From an uncultured Gammaproteobacteria bacterium (GTDB lineage Bacteria > Patescibacteriota > Patescibacteriia > Magasanikbacterales > UBA922), in the NCBI GenBank assembly GCA_964433095.1, contig CAYSPW010000004.1, positions 1 through 57,800 of the forward strand: a stretch of 57,800 nucleotides of DNA, read 5' to 3'. Positions within the stretch are counted from its first letter, which is position 1, and each line of letters begins with the position of its first letter. Below, piece by piece: positions 16,760 to 25,794 of the stretch. A program made the position numbers and the translations under genes. Below the pieces are notes generated by a model, which did not search any database, was not told the DNA's origin, and saw only the letters and a program-made list of their open reading frames with translations.

Positions 16760-19700
16760 TTTGTATGGTTATTCTACCGGCATCGGAGTAATTGATAATG
16801 TCTTGACTGTTCACCGACTGGATAACCGCCGGCTCAACCGTAAACTCTCCCAGTGAATTGACGCGCGCGTAATAGCTCCTGGTTGAACAATGACTGTTCT
16901 TGTATACGTTGACTTTTATCACGTTGTTGCGGCTTTGATATGGATAAATACTGCAATTATCGTAGCCGGCTTCACTTCTGTGGGCAGAGTGCTTGATAAT
17001 GCTCAAACCACTCGGCAGAATATCAGTGACCGTATAGGCGCCATCAATCGAGGCCGGGTCAATATATGGATCAAGCACGATCTGAACCACGTCATCTTCC
17101 TTGAACGAATTTGTTTCTTGACCATCCACCAAGTATTTCTTCCCAATGGAGGCATAGCTGTTCGGCCCCCGTCTCTGATCGATTTGTTCGGGAACGTCGA
17201 AATATGACACCGTGACTCCGACTTTGCCATCCACTTGCTCAACTGTCATTTTTTCATATTGTTCCGGTGTGATGGACAAGGCAAAAGTCCGTCCTTTTTC
17301 CATTTGTCTTTCAATCCGCTTACCGTCAATGGTCAAAGTAAAACTGACCGAACCCGGCTTCAGATGCTTCAATCCCTGCTTGATATACAGCAACTCTTCC
17401 AAATTTAGCAGAATCTCTTTGGTGTAATTTTTTTGCACGTAATTCCACAGTCTCTCATGATAAGAACTGTTTAGACCGGCGGCCAAATTGGCGGCGAGCG
17501 ACGTGGCGGACAGAATCTCATCCGAATTATCGTTCGGTTTAACGCGCGCCATGCTCTCAAATTCTTCGCCATGATCTTGCAATAATTGATTGAGTATATC
17601 ACGCGCCAATTCGGCGTCGCCCAACTTCTCGGCCGCGAGAGCCACGTACAACCTGTTCTTAACCGATAAATCTTCCCTTTCGGCCAGCTTGCGCACCGGG
17701 TACAAAACCGGTTCTTCCAAGGCGGACAGGCCGTACAGTGACAACGCCGCTTCATCTTGATTCAAATCGGTTTGATTGTAAAAACCGTAAAAATAGTTTG
17801 CCAAAGCGTTCCGGTCAAAAAAGCCGGGCACCAAAGCGGCCACTTTGGCCGATAATTCAAAGTCGGAATCGGCATAGGGCAGCAAGGCGATGCCGCCATC
17901 TTGCATTTGGAATAAATCTTTGTCAATTTCTTCTCGTTTGAATTTTTGTTCATCAAAATATATTTCTTTGTATCGCTCGGCCAAAACGCGCGCCAGCTTC
18001 TGATCAATCCTCTCTCCCCACGTCCAGCCCAGACTGGTCAATCGATTGTAAAATTTGCCCTGACTTTGATCAGAGAAAATCATTTTAAATCTACCTTCCG
18101 GCACAACGGTTAACTCAAGATCCTTGCTTAAATTGTAAAAATCGGTATATTCTTTTTTCAACCTGGAATCGATCACCGATATCGGCTTCACTACCAAATC
18201 GCCACCCGCTTCGGCTTGCACGGAATGGTAGAGAGGAAACACTCCCTTTCTCAGGCTGCCCAGGTTGAAATACTCGGGCACGTATGCTTGTCCGGATCGC
18301 TTCTCCTTCACGCCCAGATTTTCCACACTCAAAGAAAAATCTACTTTGTCTCCCTGCTTGAGCGCATTGCCGTAGGCTCTTAATTTTACTATCGGCTTAT
18401 CGCTTGTCAGATATTCGTCCGCGTAAGTACCGAGCACGAAAACCGGCTTGCTCACTTTGATATTGCCGGTAGACTGTCCGGCCAGCAATGATTTGCTTAC
18501 CGCTTTGGCGTTTATGCGCCAAGAAGTGAAGTTGTCCGGCAATTTGAAGGTGACTTCCCCCCGTCCATTGTCATCGGTGCGGCCGGAAAAGAATAACGCC
18601 GTATCCCTGAAATCCACTCTGGCTCCACCTTTTTCATTATGCACATATATTCCATTAGCCAGATAGGTATGGTAATTCTCAATGTGAAAGTTAAATACCG
18701 CCACCGTTTTGTCTACTTTTTCAATGCTTTGAATACGCACGTAATCACCAGACTCATTCAGCATAAAGTCGCCCACCTTTGCTTGACCGATCATCTGCCA
18801 GCCGTCGTTGATAAAAAATCTGTGTTCCGGAGTTACTTTTATGGAATCGTTTATTACGATATACCCGGGTACAACATGCTGAAAGGTTTCCACCACTTTT
18901 GCCTTGATTAATTTCTTTGTACGCGACGAATCATAGGTCGCGATTTCATCACCGACCACTATGTCTTGGATATTTTTTACACTGCCATCCGCCATGGTTA
19001 TCTTGGTACCGGCCAAAAAGCAGCCGGCTCCGCCTTCAGCTCCGCCTTGATCAAACTTTGGTTTTTCGTGCGAGCCGTATGTAAAAATTTCTCCGCCTTC
19101 CACGGTCCGGTACAAATCAACAAGCACTCCACTGTTATAATCTTCCCTGATCTTGTACAATGCTTCGTCAACCAAACTGATATTAAATCCGGATCTTACT
19201 CCTTTCCCCTCTCGGTCTTTTACGCTGATGTGCAAAGTGGCTTCCTGTCCGGGCTTGTAAGCTTGTTTATCGCTGGACACTTCAATCGTCAATTCGCGAT
19301 CATTTTCGGCCACTTTTATAATATAGCCGCTATCCGAAGAAGCATACCATCGATTTTCATAGGTGGAATGAAAAGTATCTCCGTCAAACCACACTCCTTT
19401 GAGCCTTAAATTCGGCATGTCTTGCTCGGAAAACTTAAAGCCGTATTGCGAATCCGCACTGACCCGGAAGTCGCGCAAACCGCGCTGCATTTTTAAATAA
19501 AGGAAATCGTTTTTGCTGGTTTCGGCCAATTGCTCTCCGTTATTGACAAACCCGACCTTGACCTGTTCTCCAATGGAATACTCATTTAAATCCTTGTCAT
19601 CGGTCGTTTGCTTATCTTTTATCTCCAGCTCATAAAAATCATTGTCAAAGTCGGACTTATAACGGGAATAATACACGGACGTGAAGAAACTCCTGCCGCG

Positions 19701-22349
19701 AGTGTCTCGAGCAAAAACCTTGATTCGGTAATTCTTGTCTTTATCGAGATTAAATTGGTGCCGATGTTCGCCATTTCCGCCGGTATTACCACTGTATTCG
19801 CCCACTTTGTTTTTATAACTATGGTATGAGTACCTCTTGCGTGTCAGCTTATTGATAAAATCGTAGTATGTGCCAATTTCCTGCTTCTCGTATCCGACCT
19901 CATATATCTCGGCTCTAAAATCAACATCGGTCCTTACCGGTCCGTGGTAATCATAATATATATTACCCTCACCGCCGTTGATCTTGTCAAAATTAAAATA
20001 CTCAAATTTGGTCGTTATTTCCGCACTGTCGTCGTCCAGTTCGTTCACTCGGACAGAGCCTAAGGTATCAAAACGAGCCACCACTACTCTGGTGCTGCCG
20101 CTCACTTCTCCCAACTCGGCTTTGGTCGGATATGCTTTAATGGTTCTGTGTGATACGCTTTGACAATAATTGCTTGATTTGGAACAATTACCCTCCAATG
20201 TGCCGATACCGGCCGAAGCCTCGCCCTGCTTATCGGTTATGACGTTTTTTCCATCAACCGACAGATCCAAATACGGTACCGGCGTGCCTTCAAAAAAAGA
20301 AGTTTCTAATTTCAAGTTAATATCTTCACCGCCGTAAACCGCGTATTTTTCCGGCGTTACTTCAATTTGGTATTCGGGCTTGAAATAGTCCTGCACCTCA
20401 ATGTATTCACGATTCACGAATTGATCGCCCGCGTATAGTTCGACGAAATAATATCCGCTCTTCAAATCTCGCAATTCAAATTCCGCGGAAAAGGTGCCAC
20501 CGGCGTCAAGCTCCACTTTTTCCTGTTGCAAAACAAGCGGTTCCAGATAATAATTGCGGTATTCATTTTTTACCAGCTTCAGTGATATGTCTTCATTTTC
20601 CAAACTCCGACCATCGCGATCCTGCAAAAATCCCCACAAGCGCACGGTATCATCGGTTCGGTAAACCGAACGGTCTTTTTTCAAAAGCACCCAATAGCTA
20701 CTCTTGCTTTCTTTGCTGCCGCCAAGCGAAAACAATGCCCGTTCCGAACCATGCTCAACAATAATGCTATCTTTAACTTTTTGGTCAATCTCGTCATAAT
20801 AGTTCACTTCAACCGTTTTCAATTCGTCAGTATCAAACACGACCAATCCTTCCCGATCCGAACTGAATTCACGGCCGCTCCCGGCCAATTTCACCGTGGC
20901 CCCGTCAATGGAAGCACCGGTTTGAATGTCTTTGAGCCAAACCAAAGTCCGGTCTTGCAACACATTGATGTATGCCGCTATATCGGACACCTGAAAAAAA
21001 GCTTGTTCGATTCGATCATCCGGAGTTCGCACTTCCAAAGCGTAAAAACCCACATCCAAGCTCTCGGGTAAAACCAAGTACTTGCTGTAGCCTGACTCTG
21101 ACTCTGTCGTACTCATCTCGGTTTCCATCACTTTGGACGCTCCGCCCAGATCAACCGTCGCCCTCGAACTCTGGTACGAAGCCCATTCTGGAATTTCCGC
21201 TTTTTTTTCGATCAAGGATCGGTAATTTTCCAACCCTCCCAAGTTATATACCGCCACTTGGTATTTAGTCCGGCTACCGTTTCCGTATTCATATACCTGA
21301 AAGTAAGGGGTTGTCCGGGGAGAAAATTCTCCGTAATTTTTACTGATGCCAAAACTTCGGTAGGGAGAATCGTCTTCATCTCTTTTGGTTTCAAACTGAA
21401 AAACAAAATCACGGTCCAATCGTTCATCCGAATTCTCAATGGGCAAATCTTGATCAACGGTCACCGTATAAACGGTGCCGGGCTGCAGTTGATCGGGAAC
21501 CAAAACCAAAGTGCGCCCGTGCTTCTCAAATTTATATTTCACGGCCGGCACAATGGAGACGTGTTTTTCAAAATTATGATAGCCTTCATGGCTGAAATAT
21601 ATCTCTATGCCCATGTTGGTCGGCACTCCATCAACTTGGTCGCGCGGCAGAGTGCCGTAAATTTTAAAGCGGTCTTTTACTTGAAAAGCCCAGGAATAAT
21701 CGCGTTCAACGGTCAAACCCCGGGAATTGATGTACGCGGAGTTGATTTTTAAATTGTAAACTGTTCTGTCTTGTAAAGTCTGTTTGGGCGTGACTTTGAA
21801 TTCCTGGCCGCTCACCACTTCAAAATCAAATTCCGACTCCGGGCTGAGTGTAATATTCTTTCTAAGCAAATCCGGGTCTTCAATTACGTCTTTGCTTTTG
21901 ATCATAAAAGCGGTATCGCTTTCCACGCCCAAAGAATCGGACGCGGTCGCTTCCACGGAAAAATTATCCTCGGCATAAACCGGATCAATAAGCAATTTGG
22001 AAAAATCATCAAAAGGTCCGCCCATGCTCGGTCGCCAGATATAAATGCTTGAGAGCACCACCAGAATAACTAAAGCCACGATGGCCACCGGCACCATTCT
22101 CTTTGGCCGGAACAACGCTTTGATGGAAGCGATGTTTAAACTCGGTTGTTTCATAATAATTTCTTGTTTGCGCCTTTTCTCCAGTATTTGTTTTTTAAGA
22201 GATTGTTTAAACTGTTGAGAAGCAGGCTGTGAATTAAAAACTCCTTGCTTGAGAATGTCCTCTGTTTCTTTTAACGCCGGCGGCGCCGAATTATTACGTT
22301 TTTTGTCTTTTTTCAGAAAATTAAACATATTATTTTTCGCTATTTTCAT
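16749..22349 (-). CDS. giant single-pass membrane protein, alpha-2-macroglobulin-like (MG-domain) ectodomain with embedded Hint domain; candidate anti-sigma factor
   Basis: 1866 aa with a TM helix at aa 85-105. A2M-type motifs: EYIEVQDYFKPEYQIEV, NISLVDEALYKI, VDFRDTALFFSGRTDDNGRGEVTFKLPDNFTSWRINAKA. No CxEQ thioester motif. An alternative start (M8) lies at 22328. Confidence 0.8.
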   Translation of the reverse strand: MKIAKNNMFNFLKKDKKRNNSAPPALKETEDILKQGVFNSQPASQQFKQSLKKQILEKRRKQEIIMKQPSLNIASIKALFRPKRMVPVAIVALVILVVLSSIYIWRPSMGGPFDDFSKLLIDPVYAEDNFSVEATASDSLGVESDTAFMIKSKDVIEDPDLLRKNITLSPESEFDFEVVSGQEFKVTPKQTLQDRTVYNLKINSAYINSRGLTVERDYSWAFQVKDRFKIYGTLPRDQVDGVPTNMGIEIYFSHEGYHNFEKHVSIVPAVKYKFEKHGRTLVLVPDQLQPGTVYTVTVDQDLPIENSDERLDRDFVFQFETKRDEDDSPYRSFGISKNYGEFSPRTTPYFQVYEYGNGSRTKYQVAVYNLGGLENYRSLIEKKAEIPEWASYQSSRATVDLGGASKVMETEMSTTESESGYSKYLVLPESLDVGFYALEVRTPDDRIEQAFFQVSDIAAYINVLQDRTLVWLKDIQTGASIDGATVKLAGSGREFSSDREGLVVFDTDELKTVEVNYYDEIDQKVKDSIIVEHGSERALFSLGGSKESKSSYWVLLKKDRSVYRTDDTVRLWGFLQDRDGRSLENEDISLKLVKNEYRNYYLEPLVLQQEKVELDAGGTFSAEFELRDLKSGYYFVELYAGDQFVNREYIEVQDYFKPEYQIEVTPEKYAVYGGEDINLKLETSFFEGTPVPYLDLSVDGKNVITDKQGEASAGIGTLEGNCSKSSNYCQSVSHRTIKAYPTKAELGEVSGSTRVVVARFDTLGSVRVNELDDDSAEITTKFEYFNFDKINGGEGNIYYDYHGPVRTDVDFRAEIYEVGYEKQEIGTYYDFINKLTRKRYSYHSYKNKVGEYSGNTGGNGEHRHQFNLDKDKNYRIKVFARDTRGRSFFTSVYYSRYKSDFDNDFYELEIKDKQTTDDKDLNEYSIGEQVKVGFVNNGEQLAETSKNDFLYLKMQRGLRDFRVSADSQYGFKFSEQDMPNLRLKGVWFDGDTFHSTYENRWYASSDSGYIIKVAENDRELTIEVSSDKQAYKPGQEATLHISVKDREGKGVRSGFNISLVDEALYKIREDYNSGVLVDLYRTVEGGEIFTYGSHEKPKFDQGGAEGGAGCFLAGTKITMADGSVKNIQDIVVGDEIATYDSSRTKKLIKAKVVETFQHVVPGYIVINDSIKVTPEHRFFINDGWQMIGQAKVGDFMLNESGDYVRIQSIEKVDKTVAVFNFHIENYHTYLANGIYVHNEKGGARVDFRDTALFFSGRTDDNGRGEVTFKLPDNFTSWRINAKAVSKSLLAGQSTGNIKVSKPVFVLGTYADEYLTSDKPIVKLRAYGNALKQGDKVDFSLSVENLGVKEKRSGQAYVPEYFNLGSLRKGVFPLYHSVQAEAGGDLVVKPISVIDSRLKKEYTDFYNLSKDLELTVVPEGRFKMIFSDQSQGKFYNRLTSLGWTWGERIDQKLARVLAERYKEIYFDEQKFKREEIDKDLFQMQDGGIALLPYADSDFELSAKVAALVPGFFDRNALANYFYGFYNQTDLNQDEAALSLYGLSALEEPVLYPVRKLAEREDLSVKNRLYVALAAEKLGDAELARDILNQLLQDHGEEFESMARVKPNDNSDEILSATSLAANLAAGLNSSYHERLWNYVQKNYTKEILLNLEELLYIKQGLKHLKPGSVSFTLTIDGKRIERQMEKGRTFALSITPEQYEKMTVEQVDGKVGVTVSYFDVPEQIDQRRGPNSYASIGKKYLVDGQETNSFKEDDVVQIVLDPYIDPASIDGAYTVTDILPSGLSIIKHSAHRSEAGYDNCSIYPYQSRNNVIKVNVYKNSHCSTRSYYARVNSLGEFTVEPAVIQSVNSQDIINYSDAGRITIQNVE
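18636..19022 (-). other. Hint / bacterial intein-like (BIL) domain, aa 1110-1238 of the giant protein
   Basis: CFLAGTKITMADGSVKNIQDIVVGDEI (block A), VTPEHRFF (TxxH), VFNFHIENYHTYLANGIYVHN (blocks F/G), followed by Glu. Coordinates checked in frame with the ORF start. Confidence 0.8.
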
Positions 22350-22908
22350 AATTTTTGTAAACTAAAGCGAATTTTTTCAATGCCCGATGCAGCAGCACTC
22401 CCGCGTTATTGGACGTTATTCCCATCACCTCGGCTATTTCTTTATTATCCAATTCGGCGAAAAACTTCAATTGCAGAATCTTTTGATGTTTGACTTTCAA
22501 ATCCTTTATGGCCAACCGCACCAGCTCGGCCTGCTGCCGGCTCACGGCCTGCCGCTCCGGCGAATCGGCATCGTCGCTTACATGGCTGACGCTTTTAATG
22601 TCCACCTCTCTTTTTCTGCCTTGCTTACGGTAATAATCAATCAAATTGTTATTAGCTATGGTATAAAGCCAGGAAGAAAAACCGCCTTTTTTTGTATTGT
22701 AGTCGCCCAACGCGCAAAAAGCTTTCATAAAAGTCTTTGACACTATATCCTCGGCTTCTTCCCGATTGCCGGTACGTTTGAAGACAAATCCGTAAATTCT
22801 GGGAAAATAGTGGTTATAAAGAATTTCAAAACAGGCATCATCATTTTTTGCTGTTTCCACCATAACGGCTTCATTTTCCAAAATATTGTTTGCGGTGCTT
22901 GCCTCCAT
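22330..22908 (-). CDS. ECF-type sigma-70 family RNA polymerase sigma factor
   Basis: Region 2 (FEILYNHYFPRIYGFVFKRTGNREEAEDIVSKTF) and region 4 HTH (LDNKEIAEVMGITSNNAGVLLHRALKKF). The stop overlaps or abuts the giant gene start. Confidence 0.85.
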   Translation of the reverse strand: MEASTANNILENEAVMVETAKNDDACFEILYNHYFPRIYGFVFKRTGNREEAEDIVSKTFMKAFCALGDYNTKKGGFSSWLYTIANNNLIDYYRKQGRKREVDIKSVSHVSDDADSPERQAVSRQQAELVRLAIKDLKVKHQKILQLKFFAELDNKEIAEVMGITSNNAGVLLHRALKKFALVYKNYENSEK

Positions 22909-23023
22909 AAACTTCAACGAATTGAATTGGAATTCATTACAATTAAATTATATCAATTATACTCCTTTCCACGGGGTCGTTCAATTTTGACCGCCGGTAA
23001 GCAGCGTGCTAACATACAGGTAC

Positions 23024-23638
23024 ATGCAAACACTAAAACAATTGGTACAATCCATGAGGAAAAAAGGCATACCGCGCCATAGATCAATAAAAGATGCGTT
23101 TTTGAACATTGACCGCAAAAATTTTGTATTGGACAAATATACGGACTCGGCTTATGAAGACCGGCCATTGCCCATCGGCAAAGGGCAAACCATATCCCAG
23201 CCCTCAACCGTGGCCTTCATGCTGGAACTGCTCCGGGTCAAATCCGGTCATAAGATATTGGATATCGGCAGCGGCTCGGGCTATACCACCGCTCTGCTTG
23301 CCTATCTGGCCGGGGACAAAGGCAAAGTCTGGGCCGTGGAAAGAGTGGCGGCCCTGAGAGAACAAGCCCGAAAAAACCTGTCCGCCTATCCGAGCCTGAA
23401 TTACGAACTGCTGGCGGCCGGAAAAAAAATCGGTCTGCCCGGAAACAAGTTTGACCGTATTTTGGTATCGGCCGCGGCCGATGAACTGCCCAAGGAACTG
23501 TTGTCTCAGCTGGACAGCCCGGGAAGATTGGTAATTCCGATTCATGATTCCGTGTATCTCTACCACAAAGACTCAAAAGGCAATCTCAAAGCGGAAAAAC
23601 ACTACGGCTTCAGCTTTGTGCCGCTGATTGAGGAATAA
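23024..23638 (+). CDS. pcm: protein-L-isoaspartate O-methyltransferase
   Basis: GKGQTISQPSTVAFMLELL and ILDIGSGSGYTTALLA. Confidence 0.88.
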   Translation: MQTLKQLVQSMRKKGIPRHRSIKDAFLNIDRKNFVLDKYTDSAYEDRPLPIGKGQTISQPSTVAFMLELLRVKSGHKILDIGSGSGYTTALLAYLAGDKGKVWAVERVAALREQARKNLSAYPSLNYELLAAGKKIGLPGNKFDRILVSAAADELPKELLSQLDSPGRLVIPIHDSVYLYHKDSKGNLKAEKHYGFSFVPLIEE

Positions 23639-23772
23639 AAAAACAAGCATAACCCAAACCGACAGCTTGTTTGTTTAACCCCGCTTTTTCTCCATCAGTA
23701 CGAACAACAATGCTCCGGCGGCCAAGCCGGCCGGTATGCCGCCAATCTCTATGAATAATTAAAATTACTTGA

Positions 23773-25794
23773 TCAATTACTGACCTGAATCTGTTCGCCT
23801 TCTTCCGGCCGGCAGGCCACAACCGTAATTTTTCTATCACCAAATTCTTTTTTTACCGCGTAATATGTTCTTTCCGGACTACCATAATGAGGATCATAAG
23901 GGATTTTACTTAAATATTTTGTCACCAGCTCTTCGGATAAATCCAAACACTCATCAGATATTATCACCTCGGCGTCTTGACTGCCGGTACCCCAAAAAGA
24001 AAAATCATACAATTCCCAAAAAAATCCGTGATTGGCGTAATTGGTATAAAATCTGACTCTGGCTTGAGTAATATTTCCTTCACTATAACTATATTCCACC
24101 CATTGCCTGTCTGAAAAAGCTCCTTGGTACACGTCCTCCCAAACACCGTCCTTGTAAACGTCCACGTCCACGGCGTTTGATTCGCTGTTATACAAAGCGT
24201 ATATTCTTAATTTATTGGAATTAATACCCGGATGATTGAAATATACAAAAGAACTCCATTGGGGATCACCAATGTTATGATAGCTGCGGCCGAAGGTGGT
24301 CGTATCATCGTCCATTATATCGGCCTCGGATTCCCATTTGTTACTGGGATCGGAATAAGTCGTAGGTAGGGTCCAGCCGATACCCTCCTCTTCGGTAGTG
24401 AATTCTTGATCGGAACAATTGACCGTGCCGACCGAATTTTTTAATTGCGCTCTGAAGTGATAGCCGGTCATGCCGCTTAAACCGGTAATCGACTGCTTGA
24501 ACACCTCACCACTGACCTTGCCGCTTTCCCAGCCGGTATTTTGACTATAGTTTGAGGTCAATCCGTATTGAAATCTATACTGATTCGGTTCGCCGCCATC
24601 GTCTATCACCTGGCCTTGCAGCAGAGCTGAATTAGCTCTGATGGCCGTGGCAGGCTTGGAACCGCATTGCGGCAGACCGATAGTTGAAGAGGCTTGATAG
24701 AATTGCAATTCAAAAAACCAATAATAGTATCCGGAAACTTTATAATTATACCTGAACCTGGCTTTCTCCACTTGACCTTTACCGTAAGTAAGCTCAATCC
24801 ACTGCACGTTCCAATCTTCTTCATTACCACCCTGAAAAACATCCTGCCACGCACCGTCCGTATACACATCAACGTCCACCTCTTCAATATGAGCGTCCAA
24901 ATAATCAACGTTCAAGCGCAGCCGATCTGACGTAATCGGACTGTCTAAAGTCAAAACCAAATACTGTCCCCAGCCGCTGCCGCCATATTGATTGGTGGCG
25001 TAAGTGCCCGTGTTGTCATCAAAGGCGTTCGTTTCGTTTACCCACTGATTGCCCGGATCTTCAAAACCGGTCGGATTAACCCAGCCGGATGAAGGCGGAT
25101 CCCACCAAAAAATATCACGAGTGGCCGATCGTCCGGCATGATTTCGCGCTTCAATTCTGGTGACATATCTTTTATCAACAGTATCATGAACCCGCCAAGC
25201 GGCCCGCCACGTACCGTTGTTTTCATCGCCCCGGATCAAATCAAGCTCAATTTTTTCCAGACTGCCCATATCGGCGCTGACATGATCCACACCGTATTTA
25301 TCCTCAATCTCCACTTCTACCGTTAAAATATCTCCGGGAATTACCTTGCTGGGAAAAGCTCTGGCGCTTTTGATCAGAGGCTCATCCCCCGGCGGTCGCT
25401 CTTTTTGCCGCTTATCAGATACGGCGTGAACAGTACTCTTTCTCTTTAAATATTGTTTAACGCGCTCAACCAAATTATCATTACCACTATGGAGCTGAAC
25501 CAAATTGCCGCAAGTGACGGCACAGCCCGAAGTGGCCGTGCCAAGCATTCTCAAAGCGCCGTCCAGCTCGGGTATTTCGGTATTGTTTTCTATGGTGTAT
25601 AGATTGATTGCTTTCAATATATTATCAATGTCCATATATCTTTGCGCGTTTCTGCTATCGGCAAATCTTTGAATGGGTTTTAAAGAAATTAAAACTATCA
25701 CCGCCAGCACGGCAATTACGGTTATTACCAACAAAAGTTCAATTAAGGTAAATCCTTTTCCGTTTAAATTATTTTTTTTAAAAAAATCTATCAT
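23773..25794 (-). CDS. type IV pilin-like protein with a very large globular insertion
   Basis: Prepilin signal with G|FTLIELLLVITVIAVLAVIVL; pilin-like C-terminal strands. The insertion holds two homologous ~130-aa modules and an FN3-like segment. Confidence 0.8.
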   Translation of the reverse strand: MIDFFKKNNLNGKGFTLIELLLVITVIAVLAVIVLISLKPIQRFADSRNAQRYMDIDNILKAINLYTIENNTEIPELDGALRMLGTATSGCAVTCGNLVQLHSGNDNLVERVKQYLKRKSTVHAVSDKRQKERPPGDEPLIKSARAFPSKVIPGDILTVEVEIEDKYGVDHVSADMGSLEKIELDLIRGDENNGTWRAAWRVHDTVDKRYVTRIEARNHAGRSATRDIFWWDPPSSGWVNPTGFEDPGNQWVNETNAFDDNTGTYATNQYGGSGWGQYLVLTLDSPITSDRLRLNVDYLDAHIEEVDVDVYTDGAWQDVFQGGNEEDWNVQWIELTYGKGQVEKARFRYNYKVSGYYYWFFELQFYQASSTIGLPQCGSKPATAIRANSALLQGQVIDDGGEPNQYRFQYGLTSNYSQNTGWESGKVSGEVFKQSITGLSGMTGYHFRAQLKNSVGTVNCSDQEFTTEEEGIGWTLPTTYSDPSNKWESEADIMDDDTTTFGRSYHNIGDPQWSSFVYFNHPGINSNKLRIYALYNSESNAVDVDVYKDGVWEDVYQGAFSDRQWVEYSYSEGNITQARVRFYTNYANHGFFWELYDFSFWGTGSQDAEVIISDECLDLSEELVTKYLSKIPYDPHYGSPERTYYAVKKEFGDRKITVVACRPEEGEQIQVSN

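Noticed and set aside
18636-19022. Considered calling the Hint module a conventional mini-intein.
   Set aside because: The +1 residue is Glu, so canonical trans-esterification is impossible. The host is a non-conserved surface protein rather than a typical intein host. It is reported instead as BIL/HINT-type.
23690-23772. A frame just downstream of the pilin-like gene reads ...GGIPAGLAAGALLFVLMEKKRG*, resembling a C-terminal sorting or anchor signal.
   Set aside because: It is out of frame with the pilin ORF, which ends in TGA at 23773-23775. It is preceded by an in-frame TAA, has no start codon, and coincides with a GC-rich palindrome. Most likely this is a structural DNA/RNA element, not coding sequence.
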